A stretch of DNA of 61,650 nucleotides, filler included. It is 7 parts of 7 records of this genome, joined end to end, with 100 filler letters (N's around TTAATTAATTAA, not from the genome) between each part and the next. Parts side by side here need not be neighbours in the genome. Positions count along the whole stretch, not along the records: positions 20,993 to 34,994 come from SRR31147125_27837; positions 35,095 to 42,143 come from SRR31147125_27850; 5 more parts are not named here. The stretch is one strand, 5' to 3'. The notes beneath the pieces are model-generated. The model saw only the letters and a program-made list of their open reading frames with translations. It had not been told where the DNA came from and ran no database searches. Positions 31,876-41,398 of the stretch are shown here, piece by piece; the stretch's first letter is position 1; each line of letters begins with the position of its first letter. A program made the position numbers and the translations under genes.

Positions 31876-33003
31876 TCAACTTTTAAAGGCATCCACCTCT
31901 ATTTCAAATAATAAATCATCCCGACAAATATCCGCGTGCGCGATGGCAATGGGTAATGGCGGCAGATTATTTTTCTGACAATAGTGCCGAAACGCCGGGA
32001 TATCACTCATATCCTTAAAATAGGCATCGGCTCTCACCACGTCAGACCAGTTCATATCATTGTCGTTCAGAATCGCCAGCACAACCTGCATTGTTAAATC
32101 AATTTGCTTTTCGATGTCACCAACAAAAGCCGTTTCTCCGTCCGGATAAATACTGGCTGTTCCGGACACATACAACCGTTGATGATCCGGAAAATCGACT
32201 TTGACAGCACGGCTAAAGGAGCTTTTATAATCCAGAGCCGGGCATTGGAGAGGAGAAGGAACCGGTCTTATGTTAATAAAATCCTTTTTCTTCTGAAACG
32301 CAAGGACATTCACAATAACCGCTTCGTTCTGCGGATTGCTGACACCAATTCCGGTGCTTGCCGGTACCATATTATTGAATACATTGCGTTCATTAAAAAA
32401 TCCGGTTCGTACTATATTAAAATCATCATACCATTCGAGAATCTGGTTTATATACAGCCAGGTTCGCACGACATTGGAAAAATCCATGCCCGCCTTTTCC
32501 AGAGCCAGCTCGATATTTTCAAATGTCTTCCCTGCCTGTTCCGGTCTGGTCAAAGCGGTATTTGAAGATTTGATATCCGCAAGATAACAATATCTCATAT
32601 ATTCATCTTCGAACACACTGCCAACCATTCGGCCATCCACAACGATAGGATCAACCTTTGTATTTTCAACAATATGCAACTGGGATCCTGTCAGCTCTGT
32701 AGCAGAACCACCATCCCCTTCAATCCATGAGACAGGCCACGTGATATCACCGCACAACGCAGCAAGTGCTTCCATACCTTCTTTATACAAACTGCATGGG
32801 CCAAATACATTTTGATGCAGAATTGTTGATTTATGCCCCTGTTTAAACTGCGCAATTTTTTCAAACATGGCAGACGGAGTTTTATCGCCACCCGGATGTA
32901 TCGTCATATAATATTTTTTCAACCGGGATCTGGAAACAGTCACAATGTCAAGTTCCCGGGAAAATTGTCTTTCTATCTGTGCACCTTTACCGTTCTGATT
33001 CAT
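31876..33003 (-). CDS. Long Rid/YjgF-superfamily protein (FkbO/Hyg5 chorismatase-like)
   Basis: VVRTW, PASTGIG, SSFSRA, YVSGTASI, ADICRDDLLFEIE. Confidence 0.8.
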   Translation of the reverse strand: MNQNGKGAQIERQFSRELDIVTVSRSRLKKYYMTIHPGGDKTPSAMFEKIAQFKQGHKSTILHQNVFGPCSLYKEGMEALAALCGDITWPVSWIEGDGGSATELTGSQLHIVENTKVDPIVVDGRMVGSVFEDEYMRYCYLADIKSSNTALTRPEQAGKTFENIELALEKAGMDFSNVVRTWLYINQILEWYDDFNIVRTGFFNERNVFNNMVPASTGIGVSNPQNEAVIVNVLAFQKKKDFINIRPVPSPLQCPALDYKSSFSRAVKVDFPDHQRLYVSGTASIYPDGETAFVGDIEKQIDLTMQVVLAILNDNDMNWSDVVRADAYFKDMSDIPAFRHYCQKNNLPPLPIAIAHADICRDDLLFEIEVDAFKS

Positions 33004-33043
33004 TCTGTATCCTTTTTTCTAAAGAGATCCTTGCCATTCCGTT

Positions 33044-34924
33044 TTACAGTGATAAAATATACTCGATCAGGTCTTTTATTTCTTCCGGTTTTAAATCTGA
33101 TGTGATCCCGTGTTTATCTTCTTTATTATGAATCGTTAAAACATCTTTGATGGTGACAGCCCGGCCATCATAGAGATAAGGTGCTGTTCGCCACACTTCT
33201 CTCAGCGTCGGGACGTCAAATTTGACACCCTGATCCATGTTCTCGCCCATTCCCAGGTCGTATTTTTGTTTATCCGTGAAATAGGGTCCGGAGTGACAGG
33301 ACAGACATCCTGCTTTTTCAAATATTTTTTTGCCGCGTTTTGCTGCCTTGCTCAACTTTCCTTTTTTTAGATATGGACTTTGCACGGGTTGCAGGGATTT
33401 TAAATACTCATCAATCGCAACAGCCTCTTCTTCCGGTCGGACTGTAAACTGTATATATTTCAGGCCAGCCCGAACCGCTACCTCTGCTTTGTCGCGTATA
33501 CCGGTGATCATAGCAGGTGGTGTTTTATGAGATAAAATCAAACTTTTCACCTGTTTTGGGTTTCCCATGCCGTCGTTTAACAGATCCCAGTTCAAGCCGT
33601 CCGCGCGGGTATCCGGATGACAACTCACACAACTTTGCCAGTGTTGAAAACATCGCGTCCCATCGTGAAAATACAATTCACCTTTACGAATTATATCCAT
33701 TTCTACCTCCGGTCCCAGTGCCACGGACCGGGCTGCAGGTTTTGTATCCGAATCGAGATCAACAATACCGATACTGTTTGTAAAGTACTCGGCAATATAT
33801 AATGTGGAGCCGACTGTGGTGAAACCGCGTGGACCTTTTCCTTTTAACTTTATACGCTTTTTCAGGCCAACAAGGAATGAAAGATCATTCTGCACATCCA
33901 TGGGTGATAGTGACACATCTGAAACATGTTCGCCATTGTGTAAATTTGTCAGTTTCTCATGCATGCCCACTCTGTCTATCACAGCCACTTCATGGGTACC
34001 GGACAGCGTGACACACAGATTTTTACCATCTTCCGTACATTGAATTCCCCATGGATTGGCAGCACCCAGATCCACATCATCCAAAAGAACTGTGTTGTGC
34101 CATTTTTTGCTAGCATTTTCGATAATGGTCACTGCGTTTGTGTTCATCCAGCCACGTTCCAGTTGCGTTGTGGGCACCAGGTAACGCCCAAGCACGTGGG
34201 TAATATAAACATACTGTCCGTCCGGAGACAGGCACATGCCGCGTACACCGGTGGAACCGTTTGGTAGCGGAACACTTTTGACAACCGTATTTGTTTCCGT
34301 ACTGATTATGTCAACACGTGCGCTCATGGTTTCATAGTTGGCCGCGCCAAGAGGCATGTGATTGGCAACGTATAGGTATTTGCCATCCTGCGTTAGAAGC
34401 ACAGCGTTTGGCTCGCGCGTGACCGGAATGGTGGCTGTTTCTTTTCGTTTTTTGAGATCAATGACGGATATATTATTGTCAAATCGATTGCATACATATC
34501 CTGTTTTGCCATCATTGGAAACGACCATGGCCGTGGGTGTGTGTCCAACAGCTATTTTATGACGAATTTTGCCTTTTTCCACATCCACACGATAAACTTT
34601 TCCCTCCGGAGAATTGGTTGTCACCAACAGATTGCCGTTATCCGGTGATAAGGCCATGGCCAAAGGTGATTCCGGCAGCTTTATGGTGTTTAAAACAGTG
34701 CCGTCTGCCACATAAACAACAGCAATTTCCCTGGAGCCGGTTTCAGACACATAAACAGTTTTCTGGTCTTCACTTTTAATGACGTTCATGGGTGATGAGT
34801 ATTCTGCGGCTGCCACATGTTCGTAAACCAGAACCAAGGAAAATATCAGAATGAAAAACCATTTGATCATAATCCGTAAAATTTGCTGCAGACCAGAACC
34901 AACAACTTTTTTGATCAATTCCAT
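33044..34924 (-). CDS. YVTN/YncE beta-propeller fused to a di-heme cytochrome c peroxidase-like domain
   Basis: Repeated YVxN propeller blades; CVSCH and CLSCH; FDVPTLREVWRTAPYLYDG. Confidence 0.82.
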   Translation of the reverse strand: MELIKKVVGSGLQQILRIMIKWFFILIFSLVLVYEHVAAAEYSSPMNVIKSEDQKTVYVSETGSREIAVVYVADGTVLNTIKLPESPLAMALSPDNGNLLVTTNSPEGKVYRVDVEKGKIRHKIAVGHTPTAMVVSNDGKTGYVCNRFDNNISVIDLKKRKETATIPVTREPNAVLLTQDGKYLYVANHMPLGAANYETMSARVDIISTETNTVVKSVPLPNGSTGVRGMCLSPDGQYVYITHVLGRYLVPTTQLERGWMNTNAVTIIENASKKWHNTVLLDDVDLGAANPWGIQCTEDGKNLCVTLSGTHEVAVIDRVGMHEKLTNLHNGEHVSDVSLSPMDVQNDLSFLVGLKKRIKLKGKGPRGFTTVGSTLYIAEYFTNSIGIVDLDSDTKPAARSVALGPEVEMDIIRKGELYFHDGTRCFQHWQSCVSCHPDTRADGLNWDLLNDGMGNPKQVKSLILSHKTPPAMITGIRDKAEVAVRAGLKYIQFTVRPEEEAVAIDEYLKSLQPVQSPYLKKGKLSKAAKRGKKIFEKAGCLSCHSGPYFTDKQKYDLGMGENMDQGVKFDVPTLREVWRTAPYLYDGRAVTIKDVLTIHNKEDKHGITSDLKPEEIKDLIEYILSL

Positions 34925-34994
34925 TTCTAATATCCTCTCTGGTTTATTCCGATTATTAACCGATTCTGACTAGCTCATGGGATGATATTTTTTT

Positions 34995-35094
34995 NNNNNN
35001 NNNNNNNNNNNNNNNNNNNNNNNNNNNNNNNNNNNNNNTTAATTAATTAANNNNNNNNNNNNNNNNNNNNNNNNNNNNNNNNNNNNNNNNNNNN
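34995..35094. other. Artificial contig spacer
   Basis: N run with TTAATTAATTAA. Confidence 0.98.
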
Positions 35095-35173
35095 AAAACA
35101 GAATATATTAGTATAAGATCAACATTTGGTATTACGTATGTAACCACTTTACGACGCTTTTTGAAGTGGACCT

Positions 35174-35336
35174 AAAACAAAAAACCGTTCATAGCTGAAC
35201 GGTTTTTTTGTTTTTTAATGAAACAGGTAGAGCGTTTGTAGACGCTTAGAAGAAGATGATTGATAATTACAAACCCCTTTATACAGAACCAATCAATGTA
35301 GAAGTCGCTCTCCCAAAATTTCATTTACCCTAGATG
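35174..35336 (-). ncRNA. Putative sRNA, copy 1
   Basis: Conserved stem-loop core 35226-35314, terminator 35174-35214, sigma54 motif upstream; homologous to copies 2 and 3. Confidence 0.65.
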
Positions 35337-35346
35337 TTACATATAA

Positions 35347-35445
35347 AGCAATTGCCAGACCAAAAAAAATGGCATACTGTTTATCAAAGACTTACAGCGT
35401 GCCACATTTTTTATACCTTCTCAATTTGGGAAAGACTTCCCGAAA
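35347..35445 (-). promoter_or_regulatory. Sigma54 promoter with IHF box and palindromic upstream site (copy 1)
   Basis: TGG-TCTGGCAA-TTGCT (35362-35347); TATCAA-AGAC-TTA (35382-35394); TTTGGGAA-AGAC-TTCCCGAAA (35425-35445). Confidence 0.65.
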
Positions 35446-35479
35446 CGAACCATTTTTTAAATAAATCTTCCTGACTCTA

Positions 35480-36226
35480 CTATTTATTTAACAGAGCCAT
35501 TACTTCGTCGTAACCTTCTAATCCACGAATATTATCGGCAAAATAACTCTCATCCATATCAATTCCACCCAACACTTTTAATCGATTCCAATCGGTCAAT
35601 GCTCCTTCTATATTTCCAAGTTCATACCTGCAAAGTCCTCTCATCAGCAATAAACTTTTATCGTAAGGCATATAACTAATCCCTTTTGAATAAAGCTTTT
35701 CAGCCTTGCGGCTTTTCCCTTTCTCTAATAGATGAGAGCTTGCTTTTGTGAAATAAAAACTTGCTTTAGACTGAAATCGTTCAGCTATATCTTCCATATC
35801 ATCCGCCTTTGCAAAAACCAATGAAACCTCTTGAGGCATTGTTACCGGTTTTCCATCTTTAATCCCGGGCCGCCACATTCCATCGGTTGTTTGCAGCACC
35901 CTAATTACTTCATTATCGATAACATCACAAACGCTGTTAATTATATCTACTTCAGTAACCTTTCCGGTTGGGCTAACCAAAAAGCTAACTACTACAGTTC
36001 CTTCTAAATAACAGCCGTTAGAGCTTTCAAGATAATCAACATTCCGATTCAGGTAATTTTTTAATCCCGATCGTTCTATCTCCGTTGCATAATTCATTAT
36101 CCCGGTAAAATGTGGCGGGGAAATTTCTACTTCATCAATATTTAGAGAAGCTACGGGTTTTTCGTTTTGAGCTGTACAAAAAAATGCACAGAACAATATC
36201 AGCAAAATTGTAATTAATGTTTTCAT
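35480..36226 (-). CDS. TonB C-terminal domain protein with TPR tail
   Basis: Signal peptide; GTVVVSFLVSPTGKV...WRPGIKDGKPV; TPR-like helices. Confidence 0.8.
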   Translation of the reverse strand: MKTLITILLILFCAFFCTAQNEKPVASLNIDEVEISPPHFTGIMNYATEIERSGLKNYLNRNVDYLESSNGCYLEGTVVVSFLVSPTGKVTEVDIINSVCDVIDNEVIRVLQTTDGMWRPGIKDGKPVTMPQEVSLVFAKADDMEDIAERFQSKASFYFTKASSHLLEKGKSRKAEKLYSKGISYMPYDKSLLLMRGLCRYELGNIEGALTDWNRLKVLGGIDMDESYFADNIRGLEGYDEVMALLNK

Positions 36227-36410
36227 GACTTCTAAATTTTGAGTTTAACAATTAATAACTTCGTCTTTTTTATCTTCCTCCTTTCAGTATTAAAAGATTT
36301 ATGAAGCAAGTTACGGCGAAATATTAGTGCATACTTATAACTGATGTTGCTGATACTTTCAATTATGTAGTAGTTGTTTCAATTATGTTGCCTATTGAAT
36401 TTAATTTCAC

Positions 36411-36566
36411 AAAAAACAGCCGCTCGGAAACGAACGGCTGTTTTTGTTTTGTAGAAAAGGTAGAGCTTTATTAGACGCTTAAAAGAAGATGATTGATATT
36501 TACAAACCCCTAAACAAACCAATTAATTTAGAAGTCGCTCTACCAGTATTTCATTTACCCTAGATA
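36411..36566 (-). ncRNA. Putative sRNA, copy 2
   Basis: Core 36459-36544, terminator 36411-36445. Confidence 0.65.
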
Positions 36567-36576
36567 TAGCATGTAA

Positions 36577-36674
36577 AGCAATTGACAGACCAAAAACATG
36601 GAAGACTGTATTTCAACAACTTACAGCATGCTACATTTTTTATGCATTTTCAATTTGGGAAAGACTTCCCGAAA
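36577..36674 (-). promoter_or_regulatory. Sigma54 promoter with IHF-like box and palindrome (copy 2)
   Basis: TGG-TCTGTCAA-TTGCT (36592-36577); TTTCAA-CAAC-TTA (36611-36623); identical 21-nt palindrome (36654-36674). Confidence 0.63.
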
Positions 36675-36794
36675 AGGAACACCAAATCCTATTTTTTCAG
36701 AAAAGGTTTTATCCAACTTAATTGGGCAATACAAGTGATATATATTGCGGTTAAATAGGCCTAATATTTGGCTCAATTATAAATGCTCTTTAAA

Positions 36795-37709
36795 TTACTT
36801 TTTCTCTAAATGGTTGGTGCTGTAATAAACAAATACACCCTCAATTTTTCCTTCTTTATCAAAATTATGTGTAATCATAAAAGGATAATTAATTTTTGTT
36901 CCATCCTTCCTTTTTTCTTTGTAAATCCACCACGAATAAACGGCGTAAGTATTACTTTTTTCATAATAAATACAATCGGGGTAACCAACCTGTTCCATTT
37001 TCACGTATTCCCTGTTTTCGAAACCTTTAACGATACGTTCTTTTACTTGTTTCAGTGTTTTCCATTCATCAATATTCATTGTTGAGTACCAAAATCTGGC
37101 TCTGGGGCTAAAATAACTTGCCCAGGTTTCGATATCTTTATTCATGTAAGCATTTAAAACTTTCCGGACAGTTACAATAAAAGGGTGATTAATATAGACC
37201 TTGCCATTTTCCTGTGTTGTTTGGCTATTACGGATTTCTTCGAACACATTATTGTTATAATAAAAATAGATAACATCAATCTTTCCTTCATCATTAAAAC
37301 GGTACAGATTATGGTAATGGATCTCGGTATTAATTCCTGTTTTTTCGTGTGTGCCTGAGAATAACAACCAATCCTGCACCCAATTACCTCCTTTCTTATA
37401 TTCAATAGCATCGGGATATGCAGGTTTATGATCCTGAATCTTTAAATTTACAAATGAACTGTTCCACCAATTTACTGCTCCTTTAAAATTTTCTTTTGGA
37501 ATGTGACTCATTTCTCCATTAGTAATACGATACACACTATCGGCAAAGTAGCTGATAAAGGCCTCCGCGTCTCCATTATTAAAAGATTTCCACATTACAC
37601 GGGTTTTGTCGATGTTTTCGTGCTCGGAATAAACCGTACCGCTTTTGGTTTGGGCATTTAGTAATGTTGCCATTAAAAATAAGGCCACAACGAATGTAAT
37701 CTTTTTCAT
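36795..37709 (-). CDS. Secreted tandem NTF2/SnoaL-like protein
   Basis: Signal peptide; two similar halves ending YRFNDEGKI and HNFDKEGKI. Confidence 0.72.
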   Translation of the reverse strand: MKKITFVVALFLMATLLNAQTKSGTVYSEHENIDKTRVMWKSFNNGDAEAFISYFADSVYRITNGEMSHIPKENFKGAVNWWNSSFVNLKIQDHKPAYPDAIEYKKGGNWVQDWLLFSGTHEKTGINTEIHYHNLYRFNDEGKIDVIYFYYNNNVFEEIRNSQTTQENGKVYINHPFIVTVRKVLNAYMNKDIETWASYFSPRARFWYSTMNIDEWKTLKQVKERIVKGFENREYVKMEQVGYPDCIYYEKSNTYAVYSWWIYKEKRKDGTKINYPFMITHNFDKEGKIEGVFVYYSTNHLEKK

Positions 37710-37894
37710 AGTTTTTATTTTTAGTAAAAAACTGGTGTAAACTTAATGGGTACATTGAGCCCAATTGTGTGGAAGTAAGTATTGGCTTTTAACTAAAAAA
37801 GCGCGCGTAAAAAGTATTACGTGCTTCAGGAAAAAAAGTTTTCTTTTTGCTAAAATCCGAAATTCTGAGGCCAGAAATATTCAGTTCGTTCTCT

Positions 37895-38047
37895 GAAAAA
37901 GAAAAAGCCATTCGAACTGAACGGCTTTCAAGAATATTTTGGGAAAAGGGTAGAACGTTATTATTATGGACGCTTAAAAAAAAATGATTGATGTTTACAA
38001 ACCCCTATTACAAAACCAATCAAAAAATAGAAGTCGCTCTACCCTAG
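37895..38047 (-). ncRNA. Putative sRNA, copy 3 (diverged upstream region)
   Basis: Core 37948-38044 homologous to copies 1 and 2; terminator 37895-37928. Confidence 0.6.
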
Positions 38048-38305
38048 TCTTTTATTTCAATTCAACTATAAAACTTACAATCACTGCCTTTTAGTATACA
38101 GGTATTGTATTTAATCTTTTTTCCTAAGATTTATCACTACTTAAAATGGGAAATGTTATAAAAATAGATGACTTATTTGAGAGTCCACTATTTCTGTATT
38201 TTTTAGGGTAGTTCAATTTACGTTTAATTTTACTAAAAGACAATAGGAAAGTAGATACTATAGAAAGACTAAATTTTTTGTGGACTTTAAAAGTAGAGGA
38301 AAAAC

Positions 38306-38686
38306 TTAGCAGACATTTCTTTCAGTATCATACTGGAAGGATATTCCCTTTAATAATTCCACTGCTTCGGCATACGATCTTAAATTGCGTTTAACTTGTA
38401 GAATAGTAAAATCGGGATCGGGATTGTCAACCATTTCGTTATAAACCGGGCACCTCATTTTATTTTTAGGGATTAGCAGTTCTTGTTTAAAGTTGTACAG
38501 AAATTGATTATGTATCGCTATCACATATTCAATTTCAGTTTTTTCCGATTTTTTACCATAAAATCTGGCATAAATAATATATACATTCCCATCGGGTAAG
38601 CCATAAAAACTTACCGGAAGATTGGTTGGGATATAGGTCATTTTAGACCGATGTATTAACCTTGCCACAGGTTTCATTGTGAACAC
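38306..38686 (-). CDS. Hypothetical protein
   Basis: 126-aa ORF, co-oriented with neighbours; no recognised motif. Confidence 0.55.
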   Translation of the reverse strand: MFTMKPVARLIHRSKMTYIPTNLPVSFYGLPDGNVYIIYARFYGKKSEKTEIEYVIAIHNQFLYNFKQELLIPKNKMRCPVYNEMVDNPDPDFTILQVKRNLRSYAEAVELLKGISFQYDTERNVC

Positions 38687-38900
38687 ATTTTCTGGTTTTA
38701 TCGGTTATAAAATTATCGAAACAATTAGTTTTTATGCACACCTACACGTTATCTATTTGTTAATTATACACAAGATTTACGACCCATATGCAAACAAAAA
38801 GCAACAAAAATAAAATTACTGACACAAATACACTCAACCACAATCACCTCATCACCTTGAATATCAACCAGTTTGCCATGAATCATTAGTAGAGCAAAAA

Positions 38901-38945
38901 AAATTGATTGTCGCAACTCGTTTTAGAAGAAGTGACAATCAATTT
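38901..38945 (-). terminator. Probable terminator of bglX
   Basis: AAATTGATTGTC...GACAATCAATTT inverted repeat followed by a U-run on the minus strand. Confidence 0.55.
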
Positions 38946-39020
38946 ATAAACTAATCGTATAATCAGAAAAGACTATACCTGGTAAATTTTTACAGAGTAG
39001 AAAATATATATATTCCTTTC

Positions 39021-41306
39021 CTATTTTAGAACAAAAGCTGCTTCGAGCCCCTCTGCAGAATTGGTGCCTACCCAAAGTTTAAATTCGCCGGCTTCTGCTT
39101 TCCATTCTCCCGTTGCGCCATAAAATGCAAGATCTTTTGCAGCTATTTCGAACGTAACAGTTTTTGACTCGCCGGGCTGAAGTAATATTTTCTCAAATCC
39201 TTTTAATTCTTTTACCGGACGAGCAATACTTCCTACCAAATCGCGAATATATAATTGAACAACTTCTTCTCCGGCAACTTTTCCACTGTTTGTAACAGTA
39301 GCAGAAATGCTAAGTTTTTCGTTTGCACTTATTTCTGTTTTCGATAACTCTAAATCGGAATAATCAAAGGTGGTATAACTTAAACCATAACCAAACGGAA
39401 ATAAAGGTTCTTTACTTTGGTCGGTATAATGCGACCAGAATACATTTCCTTCTCTGTTTGCAGGGCGTCCGGTACTAAAATGGTTGTAATAAAGTGGTTG
39501 TTGCCCAACGGCTCTTGGGAAAGAAACTGGTAATTTTCCTGCCGGATTATAATTGCCAAAAAGAATTTCAGCAATTGCATTTCCGGCTTCAGAACCAAGA
39601 TGCCAGGCTTCAACAATTGAAGGAACATTCTCAGCCATCCAGTTAATTTCAACAGGTCGGCCATTCATTAATACAACCACCACATTTTTGTTTGCAGCAT
39701 AAACCGCTTCAAGCAACTCTTGCTGCAATCCTTTTAACGAAATTTCGGTCTGGCTTCTTCCTTCACCACTTTGCCAGCAATCTTCGCCAAGAGCAATTAC
39801 AACTACATCCGATTCCTCAGCAAGTTTTTGTGCTTCTTCCATTCCCGACCTGTCGGTAGTATTAAACTCCAATTCGGTTAAAAACGAGCGTTCACTAGTT
39901 ACATAATCAGGACCTTTTGTAAATTTAATTTCAGATGTTTTGTTGACGTTATTTATGCCTTCGAGTAATGAAACCGCTGAGTTTGTGATAGCTTTTGCTC
40001 TCCAACTTCCCAGTGGAACATCTTTACTTTCTGCCAGCTCTCCAATAACGGCAATCTTCATCCCTTCTTTTTTCAACGGAAGCAGGTCATTCTCGTTTTT
40101 AAGTAAAACAATACTTCTTTTTGCAACTTCTTTCGATGCAGCAAGGTGTTCTTTACAACCTATAACATTTTTTTCTCGTTCAACATCGCAGTATTTGTAC
40201 GGATCATCAAATAATCCCAATTGAAATTTAACTTTCAAAATTCTTCGAACTGCATCGTCGATTAATGCTTCATCTACTTTTCCCTCTTCTACCAAAGTTT
40301 CAAGATTTTCTATATAAGCATTTCCTTCCATATCCATATCTGAACCGGCTGTAATCGCTTTATAAGCAGCTTCTTTTTTATCGGCAGCGGCTCCATGATA
40401 AATTATTTCACCAATGGAATTCCAGTCGGAAACCACAAAACCATCGAATCCCCACTCACCTTTCAAGATATCGCGTTGTAAGTATGAACTTGCGGTTGCC
40501 GGCATTTCATTAACTGTATTAAATGCATTCATAAAAGTTGCCACACCTGCATCAACACAAGCTTTAAACGGCGGGAAAACAATATTATGCAGCGTTGGAT
40601 CGCCAATTTGTACCACATTATAATCGCGGCCCGATTCGATAAAACCGTAGGCAGCAAAATGTTTGGCACAGGCAGCAACAGTTTTCTCGCTATCTAAATC
40701 ATCGCCCTGGAAACCTTTTACACGGGCGTAAGCCATTTTGGCTCCAAGATATGGGTCTTCGCCCGCACCTTCCATAAAACGGCCCCAGCGAGCATCGCGT
40801 GCAATGTCAACCATTGGTGCAAAAGTCCAGTGTAAACCTGCGGCGGCGGCTTCTGAGGCTGCTACACTTGCCGAAAGTTTTGCCAATTCCGGCTCCCAGC
40901 TGGCGGCTTCGGCCAAAGGAATCGGCGCCATTGTTTGATATCCATGTATTACATCGTAAGCCAAAATAAGTGGAATTCCCAAACGGCTACTGTCGACAGC
41001 CCAACTCTGAACATTACGTGTTGCATTTGCTCCCGTAACATTTAACATCGAACCCAGTTTACCGGCTTTAATCATATCATAAATAAACATGGAGTCCACA
41101 TTTTCAGGTGCAGGTCCGGTCATTTCCCAACGCGAAGTGTACTGGTTTAATTGACCAACTTTTTCGGTTAGTGTCATTTTGGCCAGCAACTTTTCAACTT
41201 TAGTGTCAATATCACTCTGTTGAACAGTTTTTGCACCGTAAGAATTAAGAGACATCAAAAAGCAGATGCCTAACACAAATATCAGTATCCTTTTCATAAT
41301 CAGCAT
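39021..41306 (-). CDS. bglX: GH3 beta-glucosidase
   Basis: DVIHG, RDARWGR, KHFAAYG, FVVSDW, SGEGRS, Fn3-like tail. Confidence 0.93.
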   Translation of the reverse strand: MLIMKRILIFVLGICFLMSLNSYGAKTVQQSDIDTKVEKLLAKMTLTEKVGQLNQYTSRWEMTGPAPENVDSMFIYDMIKAGKLGSMLNVTGANATRNVQSWAVDSSRLGIPLILAYDVIHGYQTMAPIPLAEAASWEPELAKLSASVAASEAAAAGLHWTFAPMVDIARDARWGRFMEGAGEDPYLGAKMAYARVKGFQGDDLDSEKTVAACAKHFAAYGFIESGRDYNVVQIGDPTLHNIVFPPFKACVDAGVATFMNAFNTVNEMPATASSYLQRDILKGEWGFDGFVVSDWNSIGEIIYHGAAADKKEAAYKAITAGSDMDMEGNAYIENLETLVEEGKVDEALIDDAVRRILKVKFQLGLFDDPYKYCDVEREKNVIGCKEHLAASKEVAKRSIVLLKNENDLLPLKKEGMKIAVIGELAESKDVPLGSWRAKAITNSAVSLLEGINNVNKTSEIKFTKGPDYVTSERSFLTELEFNTTDRSGMEEAQKLAEESDVVVIALGEDCWQSGEGRSQTEISLKGLQQELLEAVYAANKNVVVVLMNGRPVEINWMAENVPSIVEAWHLGSEAGNAIAEILFGNYNPAGKLPVSFPRAVGQQPLYYNHFSTGRPANREGNVFWSHYTDQSKEPLFPFGYGLSYTTFDYSDLELSKTEISANEKLSISATVTNSGKVAGEEVVQLYIRDLVGSIARPVKELKGFEKILLQPGESKTVTFEIAAKDLAFYGATGEWKAEAGEFKLWVGTNSAEGLEAAFVLK

Positions 41307-41351
41307 TATTATAAGTTATTGTACTTTTAACAATTACGTGCAAATATAAAT

Positions 41352-41379
41352 AAAAAGGCGGGAAACACCCGCCTTCTTT
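41352..41379 (-). terminator. Intrinsic terminator between the MFS gene and bglX
   Basis: Minus strand AAGGCGGG-TGTTT-CCCGCCTTTTT. Confidence 0.6.
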
Positions 41380-41398
41380 ATAAAAATATATATTCGTT

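Noticed and set aside
26656-34924. Calling the source an anammox organism
   Set aside because: Only domain-level resemblance; no hydrazine dehydrogenase or HAO-like genes visible, and HZS-alpha-like domains are widespread
35172-35324. 50-codon ORF (MKFWESDFY...) across RNA copy 1
   Set aside because: Copy 2 has TAG at codon 5 and a further stop, and copy 3 has no ATG; not conserved as coding
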